Shown here in pieces: positions 26,642 through 35,745 of a DNA stretch of 58,645 nt (position 1 is its first letter; each line of letters begins with the position of its first letter). The translations under genes and the position numbers were made by a program. Location of the stretch: contig DATMIH010000170.1 in NCBI GenBank assembly GCA_035554595.1, forward strand, positions 1-58,645, written 5' to 3'. The stretch comes from Solirubrobacterales bacterium. Its GTDB lineage: Bacteria > Actinomycetota > Thermoleophilia > Solirubrobacterales > 70-9. The notes under the pieces were generated by a model. It was not told the origin of the DNA. It searched no databases and saw only the letters and a program-made list of their open reading frames with translations.

Positions 26642-28008
26642 CGCCAGAACTCCTCGGCGAGGCCACGGTCCGCGAGCAGCTTGCGCAGCTCGAGCAGTGC
26701 CGTGTAGGTGGGCAGGGCGAAGAGGCGCTTGGGGGACTCCAAGAGCGCCCGGTCAAGCGAGTCCTCGACTCCCGGTACGACCAGGATCGAGCGCTCGGGC
26801 CAGCCGGCGTACTTAAGTCTCAGGGCCATCTCCGGCGCTCGCGTGCCGGCGCAGATGACGCGCCGCACGCCGCCGGCAAGCAGCTCAAAATCCGCATCCC
26901 AGATCCAGGAGACATCGCGCCCGTCGGCGATCCTGTCGTTGAGCCCAATCCAGAGGTCGAGCTTCTCCGCGCCGGCCTCGAGCATCAGCGTGCGCAGGAC
27001 CTCGTTGGCGCCGGCCGGGTTCTTGATCAGCAGGATCGAGAGCTGTGAGGAACCGATCGCGATCGTCTCGACTCGGCCGAAGGCGGCCCGCATCGTCTGC
27101 AGCGAGCTGGCGATCGTCGCTGGCGCCACCCCGAGCTCGAGCGCGGCGGTGACTGCGGCGAGCGCGTTGTAGACGTTGTAGAGGCCGGGCAGCGGCAGTT
27201 GCAGCTCGATCTCTCCTTGTGGGGTGCGCACGGTCACCAGCGAGCCCGACATCCCGCGCAGCTCGATCGCCGTGGCGGCGACGTCGGGCCGCGGCCGCGT
27301 GGCGCCGCAGTTGGGGCAGGAGTAGTGGCCGAGGTGGCCGACGAAGGCGCGCTCATAGGCATAGGGGTGGCCGCAGCGGCGGCAGTGCTTGGCGTCGAAA
27401 GCGTGCTGCAGCTCGGGCAGGGCCTGAGTCGCATCCTCGATGCCGAAATAGACGACCCCCGCGCGGGCCTCGCCGCTCTCCTCGCGACCGAGGTCGGCGA
27501 TCGCCGGGTCGTCGGCGTTGAGCGCGAAGCGGCTGTATCCGGTGCGCGAGGCGACGGCCTTGCCCCACTCGGCGGCGAGCGTCTCCATCTCGCCGTAGCG
27601 ATCGAGCTGGTCGCGGAAGAGGTTGCCGAGCACCAGCAGCGAGGGCTCGAGCTGGGAGGTGACCTTGGGCAGCCAGGCCTCGTCGACCTCAAAGAGCCCT
27701 TCGGAGCCCCGCTGCTCGAGCAGGGCGGTGGCAACTCCCCAGGTCATGTTTGAGCCGGCACGGTTGTGGACCGGGTGGCGGCCGTCGGCCTCGAGCGCGG
27801 CGGCGACCATCCCGGCGGTCGTCGTCTTGCCGTTGGTGGCGCTGATCAGCGTCGAGCCGCGATCGAGGCGCTTGCCGAGCCTGGCGATCGCGTCGGGCGC
27901 GATGCGCAGCAGCATCCGTCCCGGCAGCGTCGTGCCGCCGCCGCGTCCGCTCGCCCGGCTGGCTACGCCGACCGCGCGCGCCGCGGTGAGCTTTGCGCCG
28001 AACAGCAC
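26638..28008 (-). CDS. murT: Lipid II isoglutaminyl synthase ligase subunit MurT (Mur ligase family)
   Basis: Mur ligase P-loop ATNGKTTT, the MurT-specific Cys4 ribbon (CRRCG...CPNCG), and a C-terminal DUF1727-like domain. Confidence 0.85.
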   Translation of the reverse strand: MLFGAKLTAARAVGVASRASGRGGGTTLPGRMLLRIAPDAIARLGKRLDRGSTLISATNGKTTTAGMVAAALEADGRHPVHNRAGSNMTWGVATALLEQRGSEGLFEVDEAWLPKVTSQLEPSLLVLGNLFRDQLDRYGEMETLAAEWGKAVASRTGYSRFALNADDPAIADLGREESGEARAGVVYFGIEDATQALPELQHAFDAKHCRRCGHPYAYERAFVGHLGHYSCPNCGATRPRPDVAATAIELRGMSGSLVTVRTPQGEIELQLPLPGLYNVYNALAAVTAALELGVAPATIASSLQTMRAAFGRVETIAIGSSQLSILLIKNPAGANEVLRTLMLEAGAEKLDLWIGLNDRIADGRDVSWIWDADFELLAGGVRRVICAGTRAPEMALRLKYAGWPERSILVVPGVEDSLDRALLESPKRLFALPTYTALLELRKLLADRGLAEEFWR

Positions 28009-28905
28009 TCAGGCCTCAGCGGCGGCTGGGGCGAGCACGCTGAGTGCGCGAGGCAGGACGCGAACCGAGACCGGGAGTTCGGTCAGGTGCTCACCGTCGG
28101 CGTAGACGGGGAAGGGCCGGCTCGCCGTGATTTCCACCCGCGAGGCGCGGAACATCTGCACCTGCTCATCGTCGATGTGCGTGCCGTTGAACACCTTGCG
28201 CAGATTAGCCACGAAGCGCAGCTTTCCGACCTCGCCGACCGTGATCACGTCGAGCAATCCGTCGTCGAGCAGCGCCTCTGGCGCGATCCGCATGCCACCA
28301 CCGAAAGTGCTGTTGTTTGCGACCGAGATCGAGTAACCGCTGGTGCGGATCCGCTCGCTCTCGCTGCGGATCGTGAACCGCGCCGGCTTCCAGCTGAGCA
28401 GGGTGCGAAAGAGGGAGTACACGTAGACCAGGTTGCTGCGGATGATCGTGACCTCATTCGCCAGGCGGTTGCATTCGGAGTCGAAGCCGACGCTGATGAT
28501 GCCGAGGAAGCGTTTGCCGTTGGCCTCGCCGACGTCGATGCGCCGGCTCTCGCCGGCGGTGAGTACCGCCACGGCGGCGACCGGGTCATCGGGGATGCCG
28601 AGCACGCGGGCGAGGTCGTTGCCGCGGCCGCCGGGAATGATGCCGAGTGGCGTCTCCGAGCCCGCCATCGCGCCGCCGACCGCGCCGACTAGACCGTCGC
28701 CACTGATCACTACCGGGACCTCGTTCGCCTCCACGGCTCGCAGGGCCCGCTCGATCCCGTCCTCAAGCCCGCGCGTGCGCTCGACCCGGAAGGGGATTCG
28801 GCGCTGGTCTAGCTCCTGCTCGACCGCCGGCAGCAGCTTCAGCGTCCGCCCGTGCGCCGAGGCGGGATTGACCAGCAAAGTGAGTGGCATGCCCTCGATC
28901 TCCAT
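28009..28905 (-). CDS. Diacylglycerol kinase-like lipid kinase (DAGK catalytic domain; YegS/BmrU family)
   Basis: VNPASAHG, GGDGLVGAV and GGRGNDLARVLG motifs. Its stop directly abuts the murT start (TGAGTG). Confidence 0.8.
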   Translation of the reverse strand: MEIEGMPLTLLVNPASAHGRTLKLLPAVEQELDQRRIPFRVERTRGLEDGIERALRAVEANEVPVVISGDGLVGAVGGAMAGSETPLGIIPGGRGNDLARVLGIPDDPVAAVAVLTAGESRRIDVGEANGKRFLGIISVGFDSECNRLANEVTIIRSNLVYVYSLFRTLLSWKPARFTIRSESERIRTSGYSISVANNSTFGGGMRIAPEALLDDGLLDVITVGEVGKLRFVANLRKVFNGTHIDDEQVQMFRASRVEITASRPFPVYADGEHLTELPVSVRVLPRALSVLAPAAAEA

Positions 28906-28917
28906 CCGCGTCGCAGC

Positions 28918-29340
28918 CTAAATGTCGGCGACGGGAAGGCGTCTCCGCCAGAGCCGATGCCGGACTCCGCCCAGCCGGTCGGCAGGCGGCGCGCAGGCAA
29001 GAATCAGGCGCGCCTCGGGGCGCATGACGCGAGCGATCTCGCGCGGCGGCGGGCGGCCCGCGAAGATCACGACCAGGTCGAAGAACTCGTCGGGGAAGGG
29101 GAGCCGGCGCGGCGTGGCCTGCTTGAAGGCGACGCGGCCCTCGGGGTCGAGACCGACTCGGGCGCTCGCCGCTCGCACCCGTTCCGCCGAGGTGTCGGTG
29201 CCGCGTACCCGTGCCGAGGGGAACTCACGAGCGAGGAACAGCACCGGCTCGCCGTCCCCACAGCCGCAGACGAGCGCCCGCTCGGGTGCGGGAATGTCCA
29301 GTACCGCGCGGGCGAGGCGGGTTAGCGCGGACTCTTGCAC
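28918..29340 (-). CDS. Small SAM-methyltransferase-like protein (140 aa)
   Basis: Motif I-like LVCGCGDG, and an acidic residue after beta2 (RGTD). It is short for the fold. First gene of the murT operon. Confidence 0.5.
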   Translation of the reverse strand: MQESALTRLARAVLDIPAPERALVCGCGDGEPVLFLAREFPSARVRGTDTSAERVRAASARVGLDPEGRVAFKQATPRRLPFPDEFFDLVVIFAGRPPPREIARVMRPEARLILACAPPADRLGGVRHRLWRRRLPVADI

Positions 29341-29390
29341 AGCGCGATGATCGCAATTGCCGCGGGCCGATCCTCTAGGCTTCGCCGCCG

Positions 29391-30068
29391 ATGGAGCAGG
29401 GAACCGACCGTCGTTTGTTCATCCTCGCCGGCTTCGCGGTCGTCGCGGTCGTCGTCGTCGCGGCGATCCTGATCAGTCGCAGCGGTGGCAGTAGCGACTC
29501 CTCGACCACGGCCAGCTCCGGTGGCTGCAAGGAAGTCGAAGCGCCGGCGCCAAAGAAAGTCAGCTTCAAGGCGCCGCCCCAAACTGTGAAGAAGGGTGAA
29601 AAGCTGACCGCCGTAGTCGCAACGAGCTGCGGCAGCTTCGACATCGCGCTTGACTCGAGCCGGGCGCCGAAGACGGTCAACTCCTTCATCTTCCTCAGTG
29701 ATGAAGGCTTTTACGACGACCTCACTTTCCATCGCATCGTGCCTGGCTTTGTGATTCAGGGCGGCGACCCGCTCGGAACCGGTCTCGGCGGGCCCGGCTA
29801 CACCGTGGTCGAGAAGCCCCCGGCCAACCTCGCCTACACCAAGGGGATCGTGGCAATGGCCAAGAGCTCATCCGATCCGCCCGGCAGCTCGGGTAGCCAG
29901 TTCTTCGTCGTCATCGGAGCCGATGCGGGCCTGCCGCCGGAATACGCCCTGGTCGGCAAGGTCGACAAGGGCATGGACGTGGTCGAACAGATCGGCAAGC
30001 AGGGCACGCCGGAAGAAAAACCCAAACAGACGGTGCTGATCGAAAAGATCACCGTCGAAAAAGGCTGA
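29391..30068 (+). CDS. Cyclophilin-type peptidyl-prolyl isomerase, membrane-anchored/secreted
   Basis: N-terminal TM/signal segment, then FHRIVPGFVIQGGDP and SQFFV motifs. Confidence 0.88.
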   Translation: MEQGTDRRLFILAGFAVVAVVVVAAILISRSGGSSDSSTTASSGGCKEVEAPAPKKVSFKAPPQTVKKGEKLTAVVATSCGSFDIALDSSRAPKTVNSFIFLSDEGFYDDLTFHRIVPGFVIQGGDPLGTGLGGPGYTVVEKPPANLAYTKGIVAMAKSSSDPPGSSGSQFFVVIGADAGLPPEYALVGKVDKGMDVVEQIGKQGTPEEKPKQTVLIEKITVEKG

Positions 30069-30086
30069 CTGCACTAGTCTGAGCCG

Positions 30087-30539
30087 ATGGCGAAGGTCGA
30101 CGTAGGCGACGCGGCACCGGACTTCGAGCTGCCCGGCACGGGTGGCAAGACCTACAAGCTCAGCGATTACCGCGGGCGCAAGCTCGTGCTCGCCTTCTAC
30201 CCGGGCGATTTCACCGCCGTCTGCACCAAGCAGTTCTGCTCCTACCGCGACCAGGGTGAGAAGCTCGACCAGATCGGCGCCGAGGTGCTGGGGATCTCGC
30301 CGCAGTCGGTCGAGTCACACGAGCGCTTCACCCAGGAGAAGAGCCTCAATGTGCCGCTGCTCGCCGACGAGGACAAGGCGGTCGCCAAGGCCTACGGGGT
30401 GCTCGCCGGGCCGATGGTGCGGCGAGCCGTCTTCGTCATCGACGAGGAAGGGATCATCCGCCACCGCAGGGTGACTCTGGTCGGCCTCAGCTTCGAGTCG
30501 GTCGACGATCTCGCACAGGCAGTCGCCGCCGCCGGTTGA
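30087..30539 (+). CDS. bcp: Peroxiredoxin (BCP / AhpC-TSA family)
   Basis: [15 protein letters not shown] with the CxxxxC peroxidatic/resolving pair. Confidence 0.85.
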   Translation: MAKVDVGDAAPDFELPGTGGKTYKLSDYRGRKLVLAFYPGDFTAVCTKQFCSYRDQGEKLDQIGAEVLGISPQSVESHERFTQEKSLNVPLLADEDKAVAKAYGVLAGPMVRRAVFVIDEEGIIRHRRVTLVGLSFESVDDLAQAVAAAG

Positions 30540-31369
30540 TGCCGCCGGAGGCGGTCGCGTTCAGCACCGGCGCCGCGCCGAGGATTCGCGGTGAGGCGGT
30601 GGGGGAGGGACCCCCGATCGTGCTCTGTCATGGCATCACCGCCACTCGCCACTCGGTAATTCACGGTTCGCGCCGGCTCGAGCGCGCCGGCCACACCGTG
30701 GTCAGCTACGACGCCCGCGGCCACGGCGAGTCCGACCCGGCGCAGGCGGGCGCGGGTTATGGATACCCGGAGCTGAGGGGGGACCTGGCGGCGGTGATCG
30801 ATGGGCAAGCCGGTGGGGGGCCCGTCCTGCTGGCGGGCCACTCGATGGGCGCCCACACGGCGGTTGGTTTTTCCCTCGAGGACCCGGCCCGCGTCGCCGG
30901 ACTGGTCGTAATCGGGCCCGCTTATGACGGCGAGATCAGCGAGGGCTCGTTGCGCTACTGGGATGGGCTCGCCGCCGCGCTCGAGCAAGACGGCATCGAC
31001 GGCTTCCTCGCCTACATCGATCGCGTTCAGGGCATCGACCCGCGCTGGCGCGACTCGGTCCTGCGCTTCACCCGCGAACGGATGGAACGCCATCGCCACC
31101 CCGAGGCGCTGGTCGCGGCGCTGCGGGAGGTGCCGCGATCGCGGCCGTTCGGGTCCCTGGACGAGCTCGAGGGCCTGGCGGTGCCGGCGCTGGTGGTTGC
31201 CAGCCACGACGCCGCCGATCCGGGCCATCCCTACGCGGTCGCCGAGGCCTATGCGGCGCGCATCCCCGGCGCCCGCCTGACCAGTGAGCCCGAGGGGCAG
31301 TCGCCGCTGGCTTGGCAGGGAGGGCGCCTCTCGCGCGAAATTGAGGCTTTCTACAGGGAGCTGCAATAG
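30539..31369 (+). CDS. Alpha/beta hydrolase
   Basis: Nucleophile elbow GHSMGA, and an HG oxyanion-like motif (CHGITA). Confidence 0.75.
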   Translation: MPPEAVAFSTGAAPRIRGEAVGEGPPIVLCHGITATRHSVIHGSRRLERAGHTVVSYDARGHGESDPAQAGAGYGYPELRGDLAAVIDGQAGGGPVLLAGHSMGAHTAVGFSLEDPARVAGLVVIGPAYDGEISEGSLRYWDGLAAALEQDGIDGFLAYIDRVQGIDPRWRDSVLRFTRERMERHRHPEALVAALREVPRSRPFGSLDELEGLAVPALVVASHDAADPGHPYAVAEAYAARIPGARLTSEPEGQSPLAWQGGRLSREIEAFYRELQ

Positions 31370-31379
31370 CGTGCCGGGC

Positions 31380-31811
31380 ATGAAAGCACCGGCCGAGGGC
31401 ACGCTGCGGGGAATTGCGACCTTCCTCGCCACTTTCGGCATCGGCGTCGCCACCTACATCGCGATCGCCGACTCAGGCGGCGGCTCGCCCGTCTGCATCG
31501 CCGGCGGCCACGGCTGCCAGACGGTTGCCGAAAGCTCCTACTCGCATCTAGCCGGGGTCAACATCGCGATCTTCGGTATCGGCGGCTACGTGGTGCTGCT
31601 CGCCTGCGCTCTGCTGCGCGGCGACGCCTTCCGCATGGTCGGCTTCGTCGTCTCGCTGATCGGCTTCGGCTACAGCCTCTACCTGACCTACCTCGAGCTC
31701 TTCACGATCGACGCGGTCTGCCAGTGGTGCGTGGCGAGTGCGGTACTGATGACCCTGCTCTTTGTTACCAACGCAGTGCGCATGCTGGCCTACGTCGGAA
31801 GCGAGCCATGA
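31380..31811 (+). CDS. Vitamin K epoxide reductase (VKOR) family membrane protein
   Basis: Four predicted TM helices, a loop Cys pair (SPVCIAGGHGC), and the active-site CxxC (CQWC). Confidence 0.8.
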   Translation: MKAPAEGTLRGIATFLATFGIGVATYIAIADSGGGSPVCIAGGHGCQTVAESSYSHLAGVNIAIFGIGGYVVLLACALLRGDAFRMVGFVVSLIGFGYSLYLTYLELFTIDAVCQWCVASAVLMTLLFVTNAVRMLAYVGSEP

Positions 31812-32578
31812 GCGGCCGCAGCGATCGCGAGGCGCGCCGCGAAGAGCGCCTGCAAGAAGAGCAGCAGGCCGGGGCGGCGGAGCGACGTCAGCGCATGGTC
31901 AAGCTGGCCAGCGCCGGCGCCTTTCTGGCGCTGGCCGTGGTTGCGGTCCTGATCGTGGTCAGCAGTAGCGACAACGGCGGCGGCGACAGCAGCAATATCG
32001 TCGAAGCCAAGGAGGTCGACCAGCTCCTCGCCGGAATTCCCCAGAAGGGCATGGTTCTGGGTGATCCGAGCGCCAAGGTGACGGTGCTCGAGTTCGGCGA
32101 TCTGCAGTGCCCGTTCTGCAAGGGATACTCAGAAGAAGTGCTGCCCCAGGTGATCGAAAACCGCGTGCAAGGCGGCGAAGCGAAGCTCGCCTTCCGCAAT
32201 TACACGATCATCGGCCCGCAGTCCAAGCCGGCCGGGGCGGCCGCAATCGCCGCTGGAGAACAGGGCCGCGGCTGGAACTTCGTCGAGCTCTTCTACCGCA
32301 ACCAGGGCACCGAGGACACCGGTTACGCCGACGACGAATTCCTCACGGCGATCGCCAAGGCCGCCGGGGTGCCGAACCTGGCCAAGTGGAACCGGGCGCG
32401 AAAGAGCCAGACCGTGATCGCGCGGGTCGAAGCGACGAGTGCCGAAGCCCAAGAACTGGGATTCAGCGGGACTCCGTCGTTTGCACTTGAAGGGCCCCGG
32501 GCAAAGGGAGTCGAAGCGATCGCAACGCCGGAATCGGCCGATGCGCTCGAATCGGCAATCGAAGACGCAGGGGGATAG
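31808..32578 (+). CDS. DsbA-like thioredoxin-fold thiol:disulfide oxidoreductase, membrane-anchored
   Basis: CPFC active site inside a DsbA-like fold, and an N-terminal TM anchor. ATGA overlap with the VKOR gene. Confidence 0.85.
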   Translation: MSGRSDREARREERLQEEQQAGAAERRQRMVKLASAGAFLALAVVAVLIVVSSSDNGGGDSSNIVEAKEVDQLLAGIPQKGMVLGDPSAKVTVLEFGDLQCPFCKGYSEEVLPQVIENRVQGGEAKLAFRNYTIIGPQSKPAGAAAIAAGEQGRGWNFVELFYRNQGTEDTGYADDEFLTAIAKAAGVPNLAKWNRARKSQTVIARVEATSAEAQELGFSGTPSFALEGPRAKGVEAIATPESADALESAIEDAGG

Positions 32579-33630
32579 TGGTCGGCAAGAGAGCGGCGGC
32601 AGCTGGGACAGGCCTCGCGGTGCTGGCGATCTTCGGCGCGATGCTGTTTCCAGCCGGCGCCGAAGCGATTAGCGGCGCCGAAATCGTCCAGCGACTGAGT
32701 CAGCAGCGCGAAGCAAACGGGATCCCGGGCGGGCTGATCGAGCGCCCGGACTGGTCAGCCGATTGCGCCAAGCACAACTACTACGGGGCGCAGACCGGTG
32801 AACTCAGGCACTCGGAGGACCCGAGCAGCCCGTACTACAGCGCCGAAGGCGACTGGGCGGCTGAAAACAGCGTCCTCGCCAGCGGTTCCAGCTGGAGTCA
32901 GGGAAATCCCTGGGAGGAAGCCCCGATCCACCTGATCCAGCTGCTGGCGCCGCAGCTGAGCGAACTGGGCGCGGCCGAAAACGACAACCACAACTGCGCC
33001 ACGACCTGGCCTGGATACCACCGACCCGAACAGACGAGCCTCACCGCCTACAGCTATCCCGGCAACGGCGTCTCCGGCGTTGTGCCGACCGAGCGGGCCT
33101 TCGAGTCGCCGTCGGTGCCGGGCGATCAGGTCGGCCTGCCTCAGGGCACCGCCACCGGACGTCACCTGCTCGTCTATCTCGCCGGCCTCGATCCCAGCGA
33201 CGCGCCGGACGTCACCGTCACCGCGACGCTCTCTGGCAGCAGTGGCGCCGTCGACCTGCGCGTGGTCGACTCGACCAACGAAGAGATCGGCGGCTATATG
33301 CCGCAGCCCTCGGCCTTCCTGATCCCAGCGCAACCGCTGAAGCCGCAGACGACCTACCAAGCGGACGTCAGGTGGTCGATGGAGGGTTCAGAGCTCTTTG
33401 ATCAGCGCTTCAGCTTCACAACCGGATACAACCCCGGCGAAGGGATCGTCCCGATCAAGAAGCGAAGCAGCCGTTGCCGCGGTTACTCACGAGCCGCACG
33501 CTCACTGCGTCGACGGGCTGCCAGGGCCCGTCTTCATCATCAGCCGGTCCGCTCACGCCAGATTGAGCGCTTGGCGAGACATAGGACCAGACAGGCCAAG
33601 CGCTGCTGGGCCAATCTACGCTCAGGTTGA
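32578..33630 (+). CDS. Secreted protein, possibly CAP/SCP-like N-terminal domain, with a very basic C-terminal tail
   Basis: Signal peptide (..FPAGAEA). The pattern resembles bacterial SCP domains (QQREANGIP...CAKHN...H). The GTG overlaps the dsbA-like stop by 1 nt. The family call is weak. Confidence 0.45.
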   Translation: MVGKRAAAAGTGLAVLAIFGAMLFPAGAEAISGAEIVQRLSQQREANGIPGGLIERPDWSADCAKHNYYGAQTGELRHSEDPSSPYYSAEGDWAAENSVLASGSSWSQGNPWEEAPIHLIQLLAPQLSELGAAENDNHNCATTWPGYHRPEQTSLTAYSYPGNGVSGVVPTERAFESPSVPGDQVGLPQGTATGRHLLVYLAGLDPSDAPDVTVTATLSGSSGAVDLRVVDSTNEEIGGYMPQPSAFLIPAQPLKPQTTYQADVRWSMEGSELFDQRFSFTTGYNPGEGIVPIKKRSSRCRGYSRAARSLRRRAARARLHHQPVRSRQIERLARHRTRQAKRCWANLRSG

Positions 33631-33698
33631 CATAACCACCATTATCGTGCGTTAGGTCGATTTGGCAGGGGGCCGACCTCCTCATAGACTGCCGCCCG

Positions 33699-34163
33699 AT
33701 GCGCCTCCCCGTCTACGAACCGGTCACCAAGGGCGTCCTGCTGGCGCTCTTCTCAGTCGCCGTCGCCAGCATCGGCGCCGCGTTCTTCCTCGGCGCGGTT
33801 CCGCCGGCCTCGCCGGACCTGCTGCAGAGCCTGGCCCTGATCGGCGCGATCCTGCTGCTGGGTTATGTAGTTGAGGTGATCTGGCTCGTTCCTCGCATGG
33901 GTCACGGCGAAGAACTCGAAGAATGGCTCGGCTTCATCGTCGGCGCCGCGATTGCCGACCTGCTGGCAATTGCCGTCGCCCTGCTCGGCGTCCAGCATCG
34001 CCTCGCCGGACACTCCAACTCGCTCGATGACCTCGGCCTCGCATTCGTCATCGTCTCACTCGTGGTCCTCGCCGGCACCCTGGTTGCTCAGCCGCTGCTG
34101 GCGCGGCGCTTCAGCGAGCCGGAGCCGGCCGAAGCCCGGTCGCCCGGCGCCGAGCTTCCCTAA
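33699..34163 (+). CDS. Hypothetical integral membrane protein (about four TM helices)
   Basis: Hydrophobic segments throughout. No recognisable family. Confidence 0.5.
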   Translation: MRLPVYEPVTKGVLLALFSVAVASIGAAFFLGAVPPASPDLLQSLALIGAILLLGYVVEVIWLVPRMGHGEELEEWLGFIVGAAIADLLAIAVALLGVQHRLAGHSNSLDDLGLAFVIVSLVVLAGTLVAQPLLARRFSEPEPAEARSPGAELP

Positions 34164-34795
34164 GCGGCGACCGCGCTGCCGCAGACCAGCGGGCGCACGA
34201 TCGGGGGCGTCTTCGGCAGCTCTCCCAACTCGACCAGCTCGAGCTTCAGCGGCGAGCCCTCGATCATCGCCACGGTGTCGCGGTTGCAGTGACAGCCATC
34301 GGCGAGAAAGCGCCAGGGCTTCTCAAGGCGGTCCTGCCAGCTAGCCAGGCCCGCCTCCTCGGCCCGCACGTGCTCGATGAAGAGCAGCTTGCCGCCCGGC
34401 TTGAGCACCCGCGCCGCCTCGCGCAGCGCCAGCTCTGGATCGGGGACCGTGCAGAGGACCAAGGTGAATACGGCCGTGTCAAAGCTGCCATCGGCGAACG
34501 GGAGCTCCTGCGCCGAGGCCTCGAGGAGCTCGACCCCTCCCCTGCCCGCGGCTTTTGCTCGAAGTTGTTTGAACATGTGAGGGTCGGGCTCGACCATGAC
34601 CAACTCACTTACCGCCCCGGGATAGAGATCGAGGTTGACACCGGTCCCAGCGCCCAGGTCGACCGTCCTGCCGCTCGCCCCGGACAGGACCTCACGGCGC
34701 ATGTCCCGCAGGCCGTTCTCCTCGGTGGCCTTCAGACCACGGTCATAGAGAGCCGCGAATGCTCGGCCCCAGGTGGCGTTGTAGATGGCGCCCAT
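34160..34795 (-). CDS. Class I SAM-dependent methyltransferase (type 11)
   Basis: Motif I VDLGAGTG, post-I acidic residue, and the LKPGGKLLFIEH motif. Confidence 0.8.
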   Translation of the reverse strand: MGAIYNATWGRAFAALYDRGLKATEENGLRDMRREVLSGASGRTVDLGAGTGVNLDLYPGAVSELVMVEPDPHMFKQLRAKAAGRGGVELLEASAQELPFADGSFDTAVFTLVLCTVPDPELALREAARVLKPGGKLLFIEHVRAEEAGLASWQDRLEKPWRFLADGCHCNRDTVAMIEGSPLKLELVELGELPKTPPIVRPLVCGSAVAA

Positions 34796-34828
34796 TGCGG
34801 AGATATACGACGGAACCCCGACTTGGGT

Positions 34829-35722
34829 TCAGGCGGCGTCGCGCTGCGCGGGGGCCGTCTCCGAAGCGGACTCGGTGGCCGCCGGCTCGCTCGCCGCCGC
34901 CCGCTCCTCGTAAGCCTGCCGGGCCTGCTTCGGCACGTTGGTCATGATCTTGTCGAGGCCCATCAGCCTGGCGACCGCCTCGCGTGCCCGCCGCGGCAGC
35001 AGCGCGCCAGCCGCGATCGTGTACTTCAGGTAGGGCGGCACGAAGACGTCGAAGCGCGGCACTTCGAGCGCGTCGACAATCTCGTTGGCGACATCCTCGG
35101 GCTCGACCTTCTTTACCCCGAGCGTGTCGGAGACACCTTCGGTGAGGGCGGTGTTGACCGTGACGGGCATGACGCAGGAGAGCTCGATACCCGTGCCACG
35201 AAGCTCACCCCGCACCGCCTCCGTGAAGCCGACGACGGCGTGCTTGGTTCCCGAGTAGGTCGCGATCCCAGGCACTCCCGCTTTGCCCGCCGAAGAGGCG
35301 ACGTTGACGATGTGGCCGCGATTGCGGGGCTGAAACCGCTCGGCCGCCAGCTGCGTGCCGGCGATCACCCCGTAGACGTTGATATCGAGCTGGCGTTTGA
35401 TCGAGTCGTCGGGCTCCTCGCCGAACGGCGTCACCGGCATGATCCCGGCGTTGTTGATCACGACGTCCAGTTGGCCCAGCTCGCGCTCGGCGGCATCGAG
35501 GAAGGCGGCGAAGGAGCCGCGGTCGGTGACGTCGAGCGACAGCGCGAACGTGCCGCCGCCCAGCTCCCCCGCGGTGCGCTCGGCCAGCTCGAGGTCGAGG
35601 TCGCCGATCGCGACGCGGCAGCCCTTGCGCACCAGCGCCGTCGCCGTCGCCTTGCCGATCCCCCGCGCACCGCCGGTGATCGCCACGACCCTGCCACTGA
35701 GGGACTGCCGCTGCTTTGCCAT
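34829..35722 (-). CDS. Short-chain dehydrogenase/reductase
   Basis: TGGARGIG, NNAG and YSGTKHAV motifs. ATG 35722 is preceded by GAGGAGGAGG. The track's 5' extension to 35878 is rejected. Confidence 0.85.
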   Translation of the reverse strand: MAKQRQSLSGRVVAITGGARGIGKATATALVRKGCRVAIGDLDLELAERTAGELGGGTFALSLDVTDRGSFAAFLDAAERELGQLDVVINNAGIMPVTPFGEEPDDSIKRQLDINVYGVIAGTQLAAERFQPRNRGHIVNVASSAGKAGVPGIATYSGTKHAVVGFTEAVRGELRGTGIELSCVMPVTVNTALTEGVSDTLGVKKVEPEDVANEIVDALEVPRFDVFVPPYLKYTIAAGALLPRRAREAVARLMGLDKIMTNVPKQARQAYEERAAASEPAATESASETAPAQRDAA

Positions 35723-35745
35723 CGGGACCTCCTCCTCGGCGACCG

